Assembly (NCBI GenBank): GCA_032718475.1
Contig: JAUCBJ010008848.1
Location: 1 to 64,000, forward strand
From: Nemertoderma westbladi
Lineage: Eukaryota; Animalia; Xenacoelomorpha
Direction: 5' to 3'
Length of the DNA: 64,000 nucleotides
In this document: in pieces, positions 23,581 through 36,656 of the stretch
How the letters are laid out: each line of letters opens with the position of its first letter
Position numbering within the stretch: position 1 is the first letter of the stretch
Program-made: the position numbers and the translations under genes
The notes under the pieces: generated by a model
Told to the model about the DNA's origin: nothing
Seen by the model: the letters and a program-made list of their open reading frames with translations, nothing else
Databases searched by the model: none

Positions 23581-24211
23581 CAAAGGCTTTTAGAGGGATG
23601 GTCATCAAGTTCCCAAAAGTTCATCATTCGTGCACAGTGAAATTTGATAATAATGCTCATGTTTAAAAATTATAAAAAAACCGAATTTTTGACAAATTTT
23701 GACAGATTTTGTCATTTTTGAACAAAAATTTACACACTTTGTTAAATATTTCAGCTATAACAATGAAAATTAAAAACATGCTAATATGAGGTATTAAACA
23801 TCACCCAGTCATCATTCAGGCCAAATTTTACAAGAATTTGTTCATTTTTGGAAAAGCATTTTGCATTTTTTGCAAAATGCATTTTGATATTTTAAACTTG
23901 CATTCTTCAGAAAACGCATTTAAAGTTTATGCTTAGGGTGATTTTGTCCTTTGAAATGTTAGAATGCACACAACCCCGCTGAAAATTTTGTAACAAGGGT
24001 TTTTTGGACAGACAGACAGACTGAAAAACAGAATGAGACATAATAGTTTTAATTGAAAGTGATAACTGACGTTTGGAATGAAATCAGCGACCAGGAAAAC
24101 CCCCATATCATACCTTTTAGCTTGAAAAAATGCTTCTGTTATATTTTGACAGACAAGCTGTCAGAAACACAACCCAGATAGACAGATTTCACAGACAGTT
24201 AGACAAGAGTA

Positions 24212-25916
24212 CTACTAGGATCGGCATGCTGCATTGCAGCTGCATTTTTAAGAACGCTGTGCCGGCTTGTCGACAAAATTGCGCCGCCACAACTCCCTAT
24301 CTCCCATGACATTTGCTAGATCATCCGCATCTTCAAGGCCAGTGTCCTTTAAGATGCGTCTTAAGAAAGTCATGGGCTGTCCACCATGCTTATTCACTCC
24401 ATGAGGCTGCCAAAGTACAAGATTATGCACTGGCTGGTCCTCACGGCGAAAGCAATGTCCTGCAAAGCGGAGGCGATTTTGTTCTAGTGTCAAGCTTGGG
24501 GGAACCAATGAGACACCTCCAATGTTATATAGTGTTTGGTTGGAGATGTGAGATGTGTGCATTGTACTTGACACAATGAACCCGGCGTAGCATTCTTGTG
24601 AATGTGCCATCAAGAGATTTGGTGTCCTCAGCACTTAGAGCCCAGCATGGACTCCCATAGAGGAGTACTGGAACTACTGCTGCTCTAAATAATCGGACCT
24701 TAAGTTTCCGATTAATTATCGGTGACTTCCAAATCCTGGAAAGCCTATTCAAGGCTGCCCATGCCTTTCCCTTACGTATTCGAAGGTCCTCACCTGACTT
24801 CCAGATCCATGATCCCAGGTAACAGAAGTCGTCCACATGCTCAAGCATACCATCCGTTGAGCTTATGCTCATCCGATCAGAGACTTGCGGAGGACTTTCA
24901 AAGTTAACTGTCAAAATGTTGGTCTTTCTGGAGTTAATAAAAAGACCAACACTAGAAGCAGCATGTTCTAATGAGCTGAGGAGCCGTTGGGCTCCCTCTA
25001 GTGATTCTGAGAGTACTCCTAAGTCATCAGCAAAGTCTAGATCAGTTAGGTACTTCGCAGGATTTCCTCGACTTCTGGAGCTAGTAGGTTGAGTTATCAT
25101 CACCCCATCATCATTAAGATGATCTAAGGATATGCGTAGAACATAGTCAACCACAATTATGAACAAGAATGGTGCAAGTGTGTCTCCCTGGAGGACGCCC
25201 CATAACACTTCAAATGGTTCTGTGTCACCGTCAACAGTAGACACAAATGTTGTCGAACCATCGTATACTGATCTGATTGCTGCAATAATTTCATCAGGAA
25301 TCCCATATAATGAAAGTATGCTGAACATACGTGAGCGAGAGACTGAATCAAAGGCCTTGAAGAAGTCAACAAAGATAACAGCCAGATGCCTGTCTTTCTT
25401 TTTTGATAACTCTTCAATTATCCTTCTATGTGCCAAAATGGGCTCCATGGTCCCACGACCTTTACGGAACCCATTCTGATTTCCACGGTGCAGTCTCTCA
25501 ATGGGATCCCTGATGCGATTTAATAGAATTCTATTGTATAGCTTTGCAGCAACCGAGATCAATGAGATTCCCCGAAAAGAACCATAGAGTGTTAGGTTAC
25601 CCTTTTTGGGAACTGGCACCAACTTATTTGTTTTCATTTCTTGTGGGACTCTTGTTGTTCGGTACATGTCTACTATGATGGTATAGATGAGCTTTAAACA
25701 CTCAGGTATTATAAAGACCTCAGGGGGAACACCATCTACTCCACTGGCACGATTGGTCTTAATGCTCTTTGCAGCAGCCTTCACTTCTGCAAAGGAGATA
25801 TCGCCAATGGGAATATCTGGGAGTACAGACTCAGACACTTTTACTTCTATAAAGTTATCAGGCAATACCCTGTCATTATTGAGGAGCTTTTCAAAGTGGG
25901 CCTTCCAACCATCTAC
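24212..25916 (-). mobile_element. 5'-truncated RTE-clade LINE with TSD
   Basis: RT ORF 24525..25865 (RGISL, QNGFR, FVDFFKAFDSV, GVLQGDTLAPFLF, FADD, YLGS) with a frameshifted C-terminus (RLRFAGHCFR). (TAG)n tail. TSD ACAAGAGTA at 24203-24211 and 25917-25925. Confidence 0.9.
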
Positions 25917-26534
25917 ACAAGAGTAAGGTTAACATTATCACTCATAACTTTTGAACTACATTAGCTGTTAACAAACGGTTTGAAGTTTTGAAATAACCAT
26001 AAATATCTGCATCAGAATCGTCTACTGTACTCCCAATATTACATAAAACTTCGATTGTAATTCCGATCGATTTCGGTCTGGGGACCTTCATCAGGGACTC
26101 CATTAACGGAAATCAAATATATAATCACTACATAATTATTGGTAATCAGGTAATCAGGTACATAAGTAAACCGGTAGAGCACGAAAAAAGACAGCCTATA
26201 GCCTTATACTGCTATAAACAATAGCAACAAAGTACTTATCAAATCTATATTTATATTTAAGACTAATAATTAGACAGGTAATAGTACCGCCTTGACGCCA
26301 GGTGGACGCGGGTGGGGGGGGGGGGGGGTGGGGGGGGGGGGGGGGGGGTCGACACTTTCGGCAGTGTCGACCTTCGTACGTCTTATTAGCACTAAGGTTT
26401 ATTCACTTAAATATTTTAAGATCACCCTTAATCATCAGAATCAGATCAGAAAAATTAAAAATTTATAATTATTTATTTAGAGTTATTTATTTATTTACGT
26501 TTCAAGCCTAACAGTGTTGATATTTATTTTTTAC

Positions 26535-27036
26535 CTGTTTGTCTAACATTCTTTGATTTCATTTCCGTTTCATCCATTATCACGTACAAAGACCCCTGAG
26601 AATTACATCGATCAAATAAGTTATTTAAAGGGACTAAATTATCTGTTTTATGGTTGCTTAGTAACGCTATAACATGAGAATTATAAAGGGAATTGCCCTT
26701 CCCGAAATGTTTATTTGAGTCCAAACGTTCAAGTTGGGTTGGTAGGGACCATATCGGTGCTTGAAACACCCAAGCGGGGCCGCTATGCTTGATTACTTGG
26801 TCTTTAACACTGGAGGCACAGAGTGCGTACAGGATGGAGAAGTCTTTTTTAGAGGGCTGTGATTGGATGCTACTACGGGGTTTAGCGTCGGGCGGATTTG
26901 ATAGGCCAGCGACACCATTACTGAGTGCGTCTGAGGCAACTTCGTTATCGGAGTGTAGGTTAATAACAGCGGCAGATTTCTCGTCTAAATAATATATATC
27001 CTCTAATTGGACTGACATTGATGCAACATCATCAAA
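26535..27036 (-). CDS. SGSM3: SGSM3 exon (linker before SH3); 3' end secure, 5' end tentative
   Basis: Ends DETEMKSKNVRQT G|GTAAA, matching SGSM3 EALKAKNIKQTE, with phase 1 fitting the 67-nt exon. Open frame extends to the acceptor TGTGTTGCAG| at 27037. Confidence 0.65.
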
Positions 27037-28934
27037 CTGCAACACATAAATCCGTTGAAATATTACACAAATATTATAAAGAAACCATGCTAGTAATAAA
27101 ATGCTACTTTACAGTATTTTTATGATGAAACAGGCCAATTATACTCTAATATGATCGAATGACTATAGGCGAAGCTGTATGTAGTTTTGTGGAGAACTCA
27201 AATAACATATAGTGGGGCTAAGATAGTGAGATACTTAACATTATTAATAGCGGATATGACTATTAAATAACGCTGATATGTGATATGGAAGATGGAAGAC
27301 GAGGTTAGCAAGCTTAGTCGCTCTCTAGCGCAAGCCTGGTGGGTCTGATGAGTCACCACACGCAAATTATATTTCAGACTTTTGACATACTAAATGTGTA
27401 GGCCTATCATTTTGGGTTAAATTTAATCAAAGTTTGACTTCGTCGAGTAATTAGCCGCCAAAAATTTGCGACCGACAAAGCGACAAACAGACAGGAGATG
27501 TTAAATACATCTAATAATAATAACTACGCCCCATTAGTCAGCATGTACGTTGTACTGGCGTTTAATTGTCTTCATTAATACTCAGTGTCTTTCATTGTTA
27601 AATTAATAATAATTATAATTAATTAGGTAATTATGTACAATACAGAATGTATATACTTGAACTTATAAATAATAAATTGTGATAATGCAATACCAATAAT
27701 GCAATAAACGACAATAAAAGTTATAGAATTCCTTTAAAATAATATTAAATAAATTAAGTAAGGCGTTACCATGTAATAAATATCTAGGCTGATATGCAAT
27801 ATTTCTCTACAAATAACAATTTGCGAGACAGCTGTGTAAGACAGATGATGCCCGACTATATGCAGAACAAGTAATTGATTTTAGTATCTCAATATGCTGA
27901 GCGTGTGACCAGTGGTTACAGATAGCTGCTCTAACTACCATTGCATAGGGGGTGCATGCATATTGGTGAGTATGTAACACATGGAACCAAACAGATAGGT
28001 AATGGAGTACTATACTATGCAACATATGTAAATATGGGGTCAATTTATATCCCCTGTATTGGTAAATGATTGGAAATTAACGCATTACGAGCAAGATAAG
28101 GAATATTCAATACAAGCCTCTCAAGTTTTGAAATTTTTTTATGTCTTTTCGAGTTTTTTGTCTACGGAAAAGCGACACAAATAAAGTAGCCCCTACCGGT
28201 TAATAGTAAATTATATTTATGGGGGTTTTCGGGGTCGGTGATTTTACTGTATTTCCGATGTCAGTTTTATTATTTGGTGGAATATAGTCTGTCCGTCTGT
28301 CGGTTGTCTGACTGTTGTATTACATTTTGACAGACAGATTGCCAGATATACTACGATAACTCGAGAGCTAAAGCAGATTTCTCTAAGCTGTTTTCAGAAT
28401 TGAAATCCCCATTAAATTCTGCTCAGTAGATGCAAAAAAAAAAAAATTCTCAAATTTTAGCGAGGAGGGCTACCCCCCCCCCCCCCCCCCTTAAGGCTTA
28501 TGACTTACCAGTGGAGCAGAGTGCTTGCTAGTGGAGCTTCTAATTAGCAATTCCTTAAAATGCTCACCTAATTGGCTACCCCTCCCAAAATGGGGTGTCA
28601 GTTGGAACTATTTAGCCAAAAGGGGTGTTGGTTGGGGAAAAGCACCTTAAAGTACAAAGTAGTCTAACACTGTTTGTAGATTTACTAAGCATAGGGATGT
28701 AGAATGATCAGTAATAATAACTAGGTTGGAGTTCTCGGACCAAGAGATTGAAACATTTAAGGGGGTTTTAGTATGTTTGGACTTTTGGTATATGTTTGAT
28801 GAAATTGAGTGAAAAATAAAAAGTAGTATGGAATTTAGTGATGAGAAACGTCAAAATCGATAAACTGAGAAAAAATGTTATTTTATTTTAAAATAAAACA
28901 TTATTTTATCTTCTTCCATAGAAAAGGCCCCTTT

Positions 28935-29215
28935 TAGGTCCCACCTTGCTGTAGTGGTTGCATTGAATTCGCATCTTTCGGAGGTCGTGGGTTCGATCCT
29001 TGCATTGGCCACCGCAGTTTTCATTTCGGAACGAATGCTTTGAAGGGACCAGCCAGGGCGCATCTCTTCCTTGCATCCTTAAGTGGTCGCTAAATGAGTA
29101 CCGGAGTTTCCTCTGGGGAGTATAGTGCCAGGGGGACCGCACTGGAAATAAGTTGTCAGACTGTGTGCGTAATCCCTGTCCTATCAGCCGAAGAAAATCT
29201 ACTTTTTTTAACTTT
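28935..29215 (+). mobile_element. tRNA-derived SINE
   Basis: Pol III A box (TGTAGTGGT) and B box (GGTTCGATCC). Central CCTTGCATCCTTAAGTGGTCGCTAAATGAGTACC resembles the Nin/Deu-type domain. (ACTTT)-like tail. Second copy at 33380-33662. Confidence 0.8.
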
Positions 29216-29931
29216 TAAGGCGTTAAAGGGGGGTATAGCCCCCCCCCCCCCCCCCCCCCCCCGTTAAACAATCAACTACATTATTCTCACACTCTTCTTA
29301 TACATTATTTCCAATGCCAATTTAGTTATTGAATTCATGTAATATAATTCGTAATTACAATTTAAACCTATTCATCTGTAATTGAATTTACATTCATAGC
29401 AGCATAGTTACATATTAGCCTATATAGTACAGTAACTATTTATATTTACTATTTATATAATTATTTACATACTTGTGTGTAAAGTAGCACTTTATTACAT
29501 AATTGTGTGTAAAGTAGCACTTTATTACATACTTGTGTGTAAAGTAGCACTTTACAGTGTGATGATCCGAGTGGTTTTGTTACACGAACGAACGTTAGTG
29601 AGTGAGTGAAAATAAAGCCACGAGGATCAAAACACTGTAAAGTAGTTTGCAACAAGTATGTATGTAGTTTTATTCTAAAATTTAACATTACGAAATGATT
29701 GTATATACATTATAAGTGATAGAAACTGCACAAATTATATTAGTTGCTGTATAAATAAATGTAAAAATGACATAAATTATGTTATAAATAAGTTAGCTTA
29801 TTTTTATGGTGGCGTTTGGTTGGAGCCACGTTATACTAATATAGCTAGGCCCTACTGGTTATTAATAGCTATACCCCGCCTACCGGTAGGTAATGCAGTA
29901 GGCCTATCTGTCTGTCAGGCAAATTTCCACC

Positions 29932-30022
29932 TATTGTTTACGTGGTAACCCATGACGGCGTTAAGTAATGTCCCCTTAGAGGACATTACTTAACGCCGTC
30001 ATGGGTTACCACATAAACAATA
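29932..30022. repeat. Near-perfect inverted repeat (42-bp arms, 7-nt loop)
   Basis: TATTGTTTACGTGGTAACCCATGACGGCGTTAAGTAATGTCC ... GGACATTACTTAACGCCGTCATGGGTTACCACATAAACAATA, one mismatch. Confidence 0.9.
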
Positions 30023-31499
30023 ACACCAAATACAATACTAAATGTACAGGCCAATACAATGCTGTAATGTCATCTAAGGTTGTAAAGTGCTAAATAACAA
30101 CTCGCTGTTAATTCTAACGGCGTTGAGTAATGTTACAATTTTGGAATAAAAGCTTTTGCGGCAAAATATATCTTTTCGTGCAATTCGCTATCTACTCAAA
30201 ACGCAGCAATCTCTCAAGGTTGTTGCGAACATATAAACTTACGCCTTACTGTGTTTGATTTTGGTATACGGCTTTGAATTTCTGCATTGCAACACAGCTG
30301 CCTTGAACGGCCCATGAACAACACCGTGGTTCCTTTGTCCCCTGGTTTCCTTTGTGCCCTGGTTTCCTTTGTCCCCTGGTTTCCTTTGTGCCCTGGTTCC
30401 CCTTTGTCAGGCAGCCCCTGTTATATCAAAACGACAAATCATGGAAATTTTCACTTTCCTACTCCGTAGAGTTCCATTACACAGAAACTGGATATTATTT
30501 GTGTTTATTTGATTGTTTATGCTATTTTATGATACCAGCGTGAATGAGCTGAAATTCTCCTTATACATGAGCAAAATTGGTACTTGTCAGCAAATCAGTG
30601 TATTCCCGTATTATCGTAAGCTGAGTGAGTGTGAGTACATAATACTATACTACATCCCTAAAGGATGTAAATAACAGTGGCTCTATTAAATAATCCGTTG
30701 TAATTATCATAAGTTATAACTCTGTATACTGTAGTATTTAAATCGCAGCATCTGAAAGGAACTGCTAATACTACCATGAAAGTGAACATAATGTGTGAGA
30801 TTATATAGTAGAAATCAATCGAATAATATAAAGTAACCTACTTTTATGCCGATAGAATTCAGTCTCCCACACACGGTGGGTCATACGCCGCGTAAGACTG
30901 TCTTTTATCAATAGTTCTACTTTGGTGCTGCCTAGCGAAATAATATAAGACAAGTAAATTAGCAGGTTAAATTGTTAAAGGTCTAAAAGCGCGAACACCC
31001 CACCCACCAAATTTTATACTAGCTACAGTAGTTTTTTTTTTTTTAAATCTTTAAAATGTGACCTGTTGTTAGCCAATTATTAGAAATGTTTTAGAATAAA
31101 TTTTTTATACTAGAACTTTTTTAAAATGGTTAAAAATCATATTGCAGTAAAAAAAATAAAAGTAAGATACAGCAAGACAAAAAATATAGACAGAGCAATT
31201 TATTTATGTATGTAAATAATTAATTGTTTATCGTGTAAGACTGTATTCCAACGTCCTATAGAAGACATTTTAGATAAAATGAGCAAAGAAAATATGGCGA
31301 AGTGTTCAGTAAAACTGAACGGATACAGACGGTGACTCAGTTTGCTTCAGTCGACGATGGATCAAAGATTTATCACATCCATCCAGGAGATAACAACAAT
31401 AAACTTCAATTAGATTTAAATAACTGTAACATAAATTAAATGTGTACCTGTTAATAAATTTCACTTAGATTCGAAATAGTACATGAGTAAAATGTTTAA

Positions 31500-33053
31500 C
31501 CCTATTAGTACCGGGCTATAAAATGCTGTACAAATACCGGGGGGGGGGTCATATTGACCCCTCCCTCTAAAATCTACAAATATTGACGAAAACGTCTGAT
31601 TTTTTGTTTGTACGTAGGTATCACTAGTCTGGATCCGACGGAAAAAAAAATTTTTCGAAAAAATGTACTGGGATGGTTATATTGCAGCACCAAAATTACA
31701 AGTAGAGCACAATTTTCACAAAATTTGAAAGTTACATTTTTCGGGTAATTGTTGTTCAATACAGGTTTTCTGGGGCTCAAAATGCATTGGAAAATATTTA
31801 AAAATGATATGATTACTATAAATGGCTGTTTAGTCCTCTCTGCGTAGAAAAAAAATGAAAAAAACAAGTAACCAGCACTTTTCAGTTACAACACAAAATT
31901 TTTAATTCACTTATACGATGCTATAAATTCTCATTTTCAGGTTTTCGAGGGCGCTGATTCTAATGGAATACATTTCTAATATGCCAGATCAATGCTACTT
32001 CTATTTTTCGGCGTAATTTGGCAAATTTTGGTGCTAGCACCAAATTTCGTACCCATCACCTAAAAGTACAAGTTTGCGATGTCCAGTGCTGTTTTTATTG
32101 ATTTTATCGGATTCAGGACCCTCATAAACCCGTATAACGCAAGAAACAAGGTGATACTATCTACTGATCAATTTGCATATTTTCCAAAATTTGGTGCTGG
32201 CACAACAATTTTCACCCACCGGCGAAAAATACAAGTTTGAGAAATCTTATGAAATTTTTACTGATTCCATTGAATTCAGAACCATCACAAACCCGTATAA
32301 CGCAAAAAACAAGGTGACACAATCAATTGATATATTTGATGGTTTTCAAAATTTGGTGCTAGCACAACATTTTGCACCCACATCCGAAAAATACAAGTTT
32401 GAGATGTCTAGTTCGATAATTATATTTTCCATTGAATTCAGAACAGCCATAAACCTCTAAAACGCAAGAAATAAATTGTCACAAGCAGTTTTATCTATTG
32501 AATGGATTTTCAAAATTTCGTGCTAGCACCAAAATTTGCACACAGCACCGAAAAATACAAGTTTGATACGCTTGGTGCAACTCGTATATATTTCATCGAA
32601 TACAGAACCCCAAAAAACCCCAATAGCGTAAAAAACAAGTTTCAAACAATCAATTTTCAAAATTGACTTATTTCAAAATTTGGTGCTGGCACCAAAATTT
32701 GGCACCCACCGAAAAAAACAAGTTTGAAATTTCTAAATAAATTTATATGAATTCCATCCAATTTCTAACACCAAAAAACCGGTGTAAATCAAAAATAGAG
32801 ATGTTACAATTCATATTTATTGAAATGTAATTTTCAAAAAACGTCTCAAAAAAAGTGCCAAAAGTAGGGTTAAAAAATGGTGCTATAACTCGAAAAGTAC
32901 CCAATATTTTTGAAAACGGTTTTCACTACTAGGAAGACAATAGATTTTTAGGAAAAGTCATAAAATTTCAGATTCCCAACTGCGTTTGTTTCAGAATTAT
33001 AATAAAAAAACCACGGGAGGGGTCATATTGACCCCCCCCCGGGTTTAATAGGG
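31500..33053. mobile_element. Non-autonomous piggyBac-type element with an internal diverged ~163-bp tandem array
   Basis: TTAA on both sides (31496-31499, 33054-33057). Termini CCCTATTA...TAATAGGG. Subterminal GGGGTCATATTGACCCC palindromes at both ends. About 5 internal units bearing CAAAATTTGGTGCT.GCAC. Confidence 0.85.
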
Positions 33054-33379
33054 TTAAATGAGCATCCATAATTAATCATTTCTTCACATACCGAACGCTG
33101 ATAAGGTGACATAATGATCTTATTTATTACGCCTGGTATGGCAAATGCACGCTAAAACTTATTAATAATAAAAACCTATATCAATAAGTTGACATAATGT
33201 AAAAAAATATTTATCTCATCCATCGCAGGAGATAACAACAATAAACTTTAATTAGATATAAATGTATAGTACTGTATAATGCCAACGCAGTCAGGGCCTA
33301 ATAATACTGTAGATACTAAAAGTACACAAACTGCTGCTGGCGAGATCGGTGCCTGATGTCTTCTACTAAACTTGGGCGA

Positions 33380-33662
33380 ATAAAGTAAAAGTAAAGTAAA
33401 TTTTCTTCGGCCACTAGGCCAGGGATTACGCACAAAGTCTGCCGACTTATTTCCAGTGCGGTCCCCCCAGAACTTTACTCCCCAGAGGAAACTCTAGTAC
33501 TCATTTAGCTACCACTTAAGGATGCAAGGCAGAGATGCGCCCTGGCTGGTCCCATTAAAGCATTCGTGCAGAAACGAAAACTGCCATGGCCCATGTGAGG
33601 ATCGAACCCACGACCTACAGGAGATGTGAATTCAATGCAACCACTACACCAAGGTGGAACCT
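33380..33662 (-). mobile_element. tRNA-derived SINE, inverted copy of 28935-29215
   Basis: Reverse complement aligns throughout; (TTTAC)n tail. Confidence 0.8.
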
Positions 33663-33728
33663 ATTGGTGTCAATCACTACACCGAGGTGGAATCAATTTC
33701 CCGGGCTAACTTGACAATCAGGGTGACC

Positions 33729-34800
33729 GGTCCCTAACCGGTGAGGCAGAAATACAGTCTATAGAATACAGACCAAACTCGCGAGAAACAATCCCGCGCA
33801 GCGAATCCTAACTAACGCTGATGGACCTAAAACTGCTGCAGATTTGCTGCTGTGTGATTCATATGGGTATAATAACGAGCTAGTGAGTTGACCGAACACT
33901 AGCGTACTGCCGACAGATAAGACAGTCAAATAATATCAGTAGAATAACATAAATCTTAAGACGCGTGTGTGTGTGTGCGTATGTTATGGCAAAGCGAAAT
34001 GTTGTACGATTTATTTTACTAGGTGTTGGTGACTTTTAACAAAATATATATCGGGTGCTAGCTGCTAGAATAAGCTAGTCACTCTCTAAAAGCGAAATAC
34101 TTACAAATTACGTCAAAGGGCTCTCTCCTTCTATATTCACAAATCGATCGGTCAAATACGGTGTTAGTAACTACGCCCGTAATCGGCACCTGATACCAGA
34201 TTCTGATTGTGAAAATAGAGATAGAATGTTAGTTTTACAACCGTAGCACATCTGATCTGGTATAAATAAATTCAGTTCTAGAAATTTTGTTGCTGCGATG
34301 TTATGCAGCAATACCAAGCAGTACGTGGCAAGGGCGCGGTAGTAGATTGTTAGTAACCGCCTTCAGCCTAGATGGTACGTCTGTAGTAAGAAAGCTACCC
34401 TTTGCCTGAGTAATACATCAAACCCAGTAACCCAGACAGATCAGTTGACAGCAACTATCTACAGAGCTAACCGGTACTGATAGCTGGTACAGTAAAATCA
34501 CCAAATTACAGAATGTGCTATTTGCACTTAGTGTACCTGAGCGCACTACTAGCACCAGCTCGCACCTGTGTAAATCGTGCAGGTCAACTGTGGGGTATCT
34601 GTAGGGATCCGAGATATTTGCTCCTAAATTTTATGGCATCCCAGGACGTCCTCACATTTCACCCTGATCTAAGGCCTTACAGTGGGTGAAAGTGTCGAAC
34701 GAAGTCTTACCTTGGCGTGGGTAGTTTTAAATAAAGGCTTGGGGCTCATGACCGAATGTGTGTGGGCATTAGCGCGGGTTCCTTATGCGTCCTGTAGACA
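33729..34800 (-). repeat. 3' LTR of copy A
   Basis: Minus strand: PPT AGGGGAGGAA directly before TGTCTACAGG at 34800. Collinear with LTR 41418-42685. Confidence 0.75.
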
Positions 34801-35870
34801 TTCCTCCCCTTGTTGTGATAACAAGTGATAACCGAAGGGCAAACAGAACCTTATATCGGAAATCCTAAGCATAGAATCGCACTAGAACATTCTACCACAT
34901 TTCATGGGCTCACATTGGACCAATAAATTATCAAACACCTATGATTAGCCCAACTAATCAGTTCATGTGCTGTACGCACTCCATTGGCTTGTCTAAACTT
35001 AACGAAACATGAATAAATTGCACAAAAATTTAAATTCGAACTCTCGACCTATCTCAAATGTAACCTGCGCGCTTAACCTACTGGGCCACTGGACCAGTAG
35101 TAACTCGTGCCGAAAATATACTAAACATAGGCAATATATGAATTTATAGCAAAACTGTGAAAGCAAGGCAAAATACGTCTGATTTTAAAAGTTTTTTTAC
35201 GTAGTATTAATATACAAATAGCTACCTTAACAGTGAAATAATTCCACGCCGCTCCATGAAAACCGTAAGTAAGACTGTTTTCACCAATCAAAATATAAAA
35301 ATACCAACTAAAAAATATATCTAATCTAGGGTACGGCCTAAAATATAAAATAATCACTGCTCGGTCTTATTGCATATAAGATATGGCAAATATCACGTAA
35401 ATATAAAACTTTCATACATACATACATACAAATACGGATTTACTATCTAATATTATCAAGGCTTGGTGCATAAAATATAAAAACTCCCATTGATTATCCA
35501 AATATAAACAAACTAAGGCAAATAATTTCAAAACGTACATAATAATCATTTAAATACATAATAAATTCGCCAAATTAAATCAGTCCAAAATAAAACGAAA
35601 CATAATAATGTAAAATAATATTCTAAATGTCCTCCTGGTGACTATAGAGTTCGTCCTACTGGTCTAGTCGTCAATCCTGAGCACTTAACGCTAATGGTAG
35701 GGTCGCGAGCCTTCCTTCCTCCACAACCTCGCTCCTTATCGCTTTGTCGACCGAGCTCGACCTTGCCCTTTAATACGATTAATCGGTGACTTTGGTCTAA
35801 CTGGGCTTGGGCTCCTGCGTCGAGTCGGTTCTAGAACACTGGGAAATGGAACGACTGGTGTTTCGCACAT

Positions 35871-36656
35871 TCATCGGACACTTAGTCCAAGAAATCCCCG
35901 CCTGACTCCAGGTTTTCGTCTAATCGGGTCGGATGGAGTCTCTACAACGCTCTGAGGGAGTTTGAGAAGCGAAACCAAGTTGTCCGCCGACACCGTCGAC
36001 AGCTCTCGGACATCGTCTGAACCCTCATGGGTTCGGGCAAAGGACATCCTGTCCCGCCTTCTGGGATCGGAGTCTTGAGGATGGCGCATCGAATCCGGCA
36101 ACGGAGTAGCCGGTAAACTATCGGGATTTAGCAAGTGGTATATGCGTAAGTTGACACACCAATGGGGGAAAACTAGGCATCCTCGACAATCCTCGCAATT
36201 GGTGCCACCGCTTGAGCAGGGTAAGGTTGAGGCTCTCCTCGTCATCTCTACGTGAGGTATGTGTGACAAACGTTGAGCGAAGGAAATGCTATCGAAGAGT
36301 TCGGGTGTCATCTCTTTCGTCTCCGATTGGTCGTGAGAGATCCAATAGAATGGTAGGCACACAAGCCTTCCACCGAACTCCTCGATCTCGCCCTCCCCAC
36401 ATGCCTTGTATGCTCTATATAAGCTAAGAGCTTCTTTATTTTGCTGTGTAGATTTATTCGATGCATCTACTACCATACTGTAGACATCTGGTTCAACAGT
36501 CTTTGGTTCGTAGACCACGATTTCTCCAGCGTTTGGTCCGCTCATCTTAAACGAATGGTATGGATTCGTCAAAGGATATCCACCTTCCTGATAACGCGAA
36601 CTCTGGTGATTCGAACATCGTTGCGCTAAAATCATGACGGCTACTAGAGGGTGCAC
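35871..36656 (-). pseudogene. Internally deleted copy of the BEL accessory ORF
   Basis: RYQEGGYPLTNPYHSFKMS..LPFYWISH..MTPELFDSISFAQ matches 56130-56939 plus 53560-53860. The C-terminus matches the end of 51008-52096. Confidence 0.8.

Noticed and set aside
22859-23666. Several repetitive Cys/His-rich ORFs
   Set aside because: Frames of a stop-poor 30-bp minisatellite.
28941-29015. tRNA gene
   Set aside because: Has A/B boxes but continues into a 280-bp repeat with a second copy; it is a SINE head.
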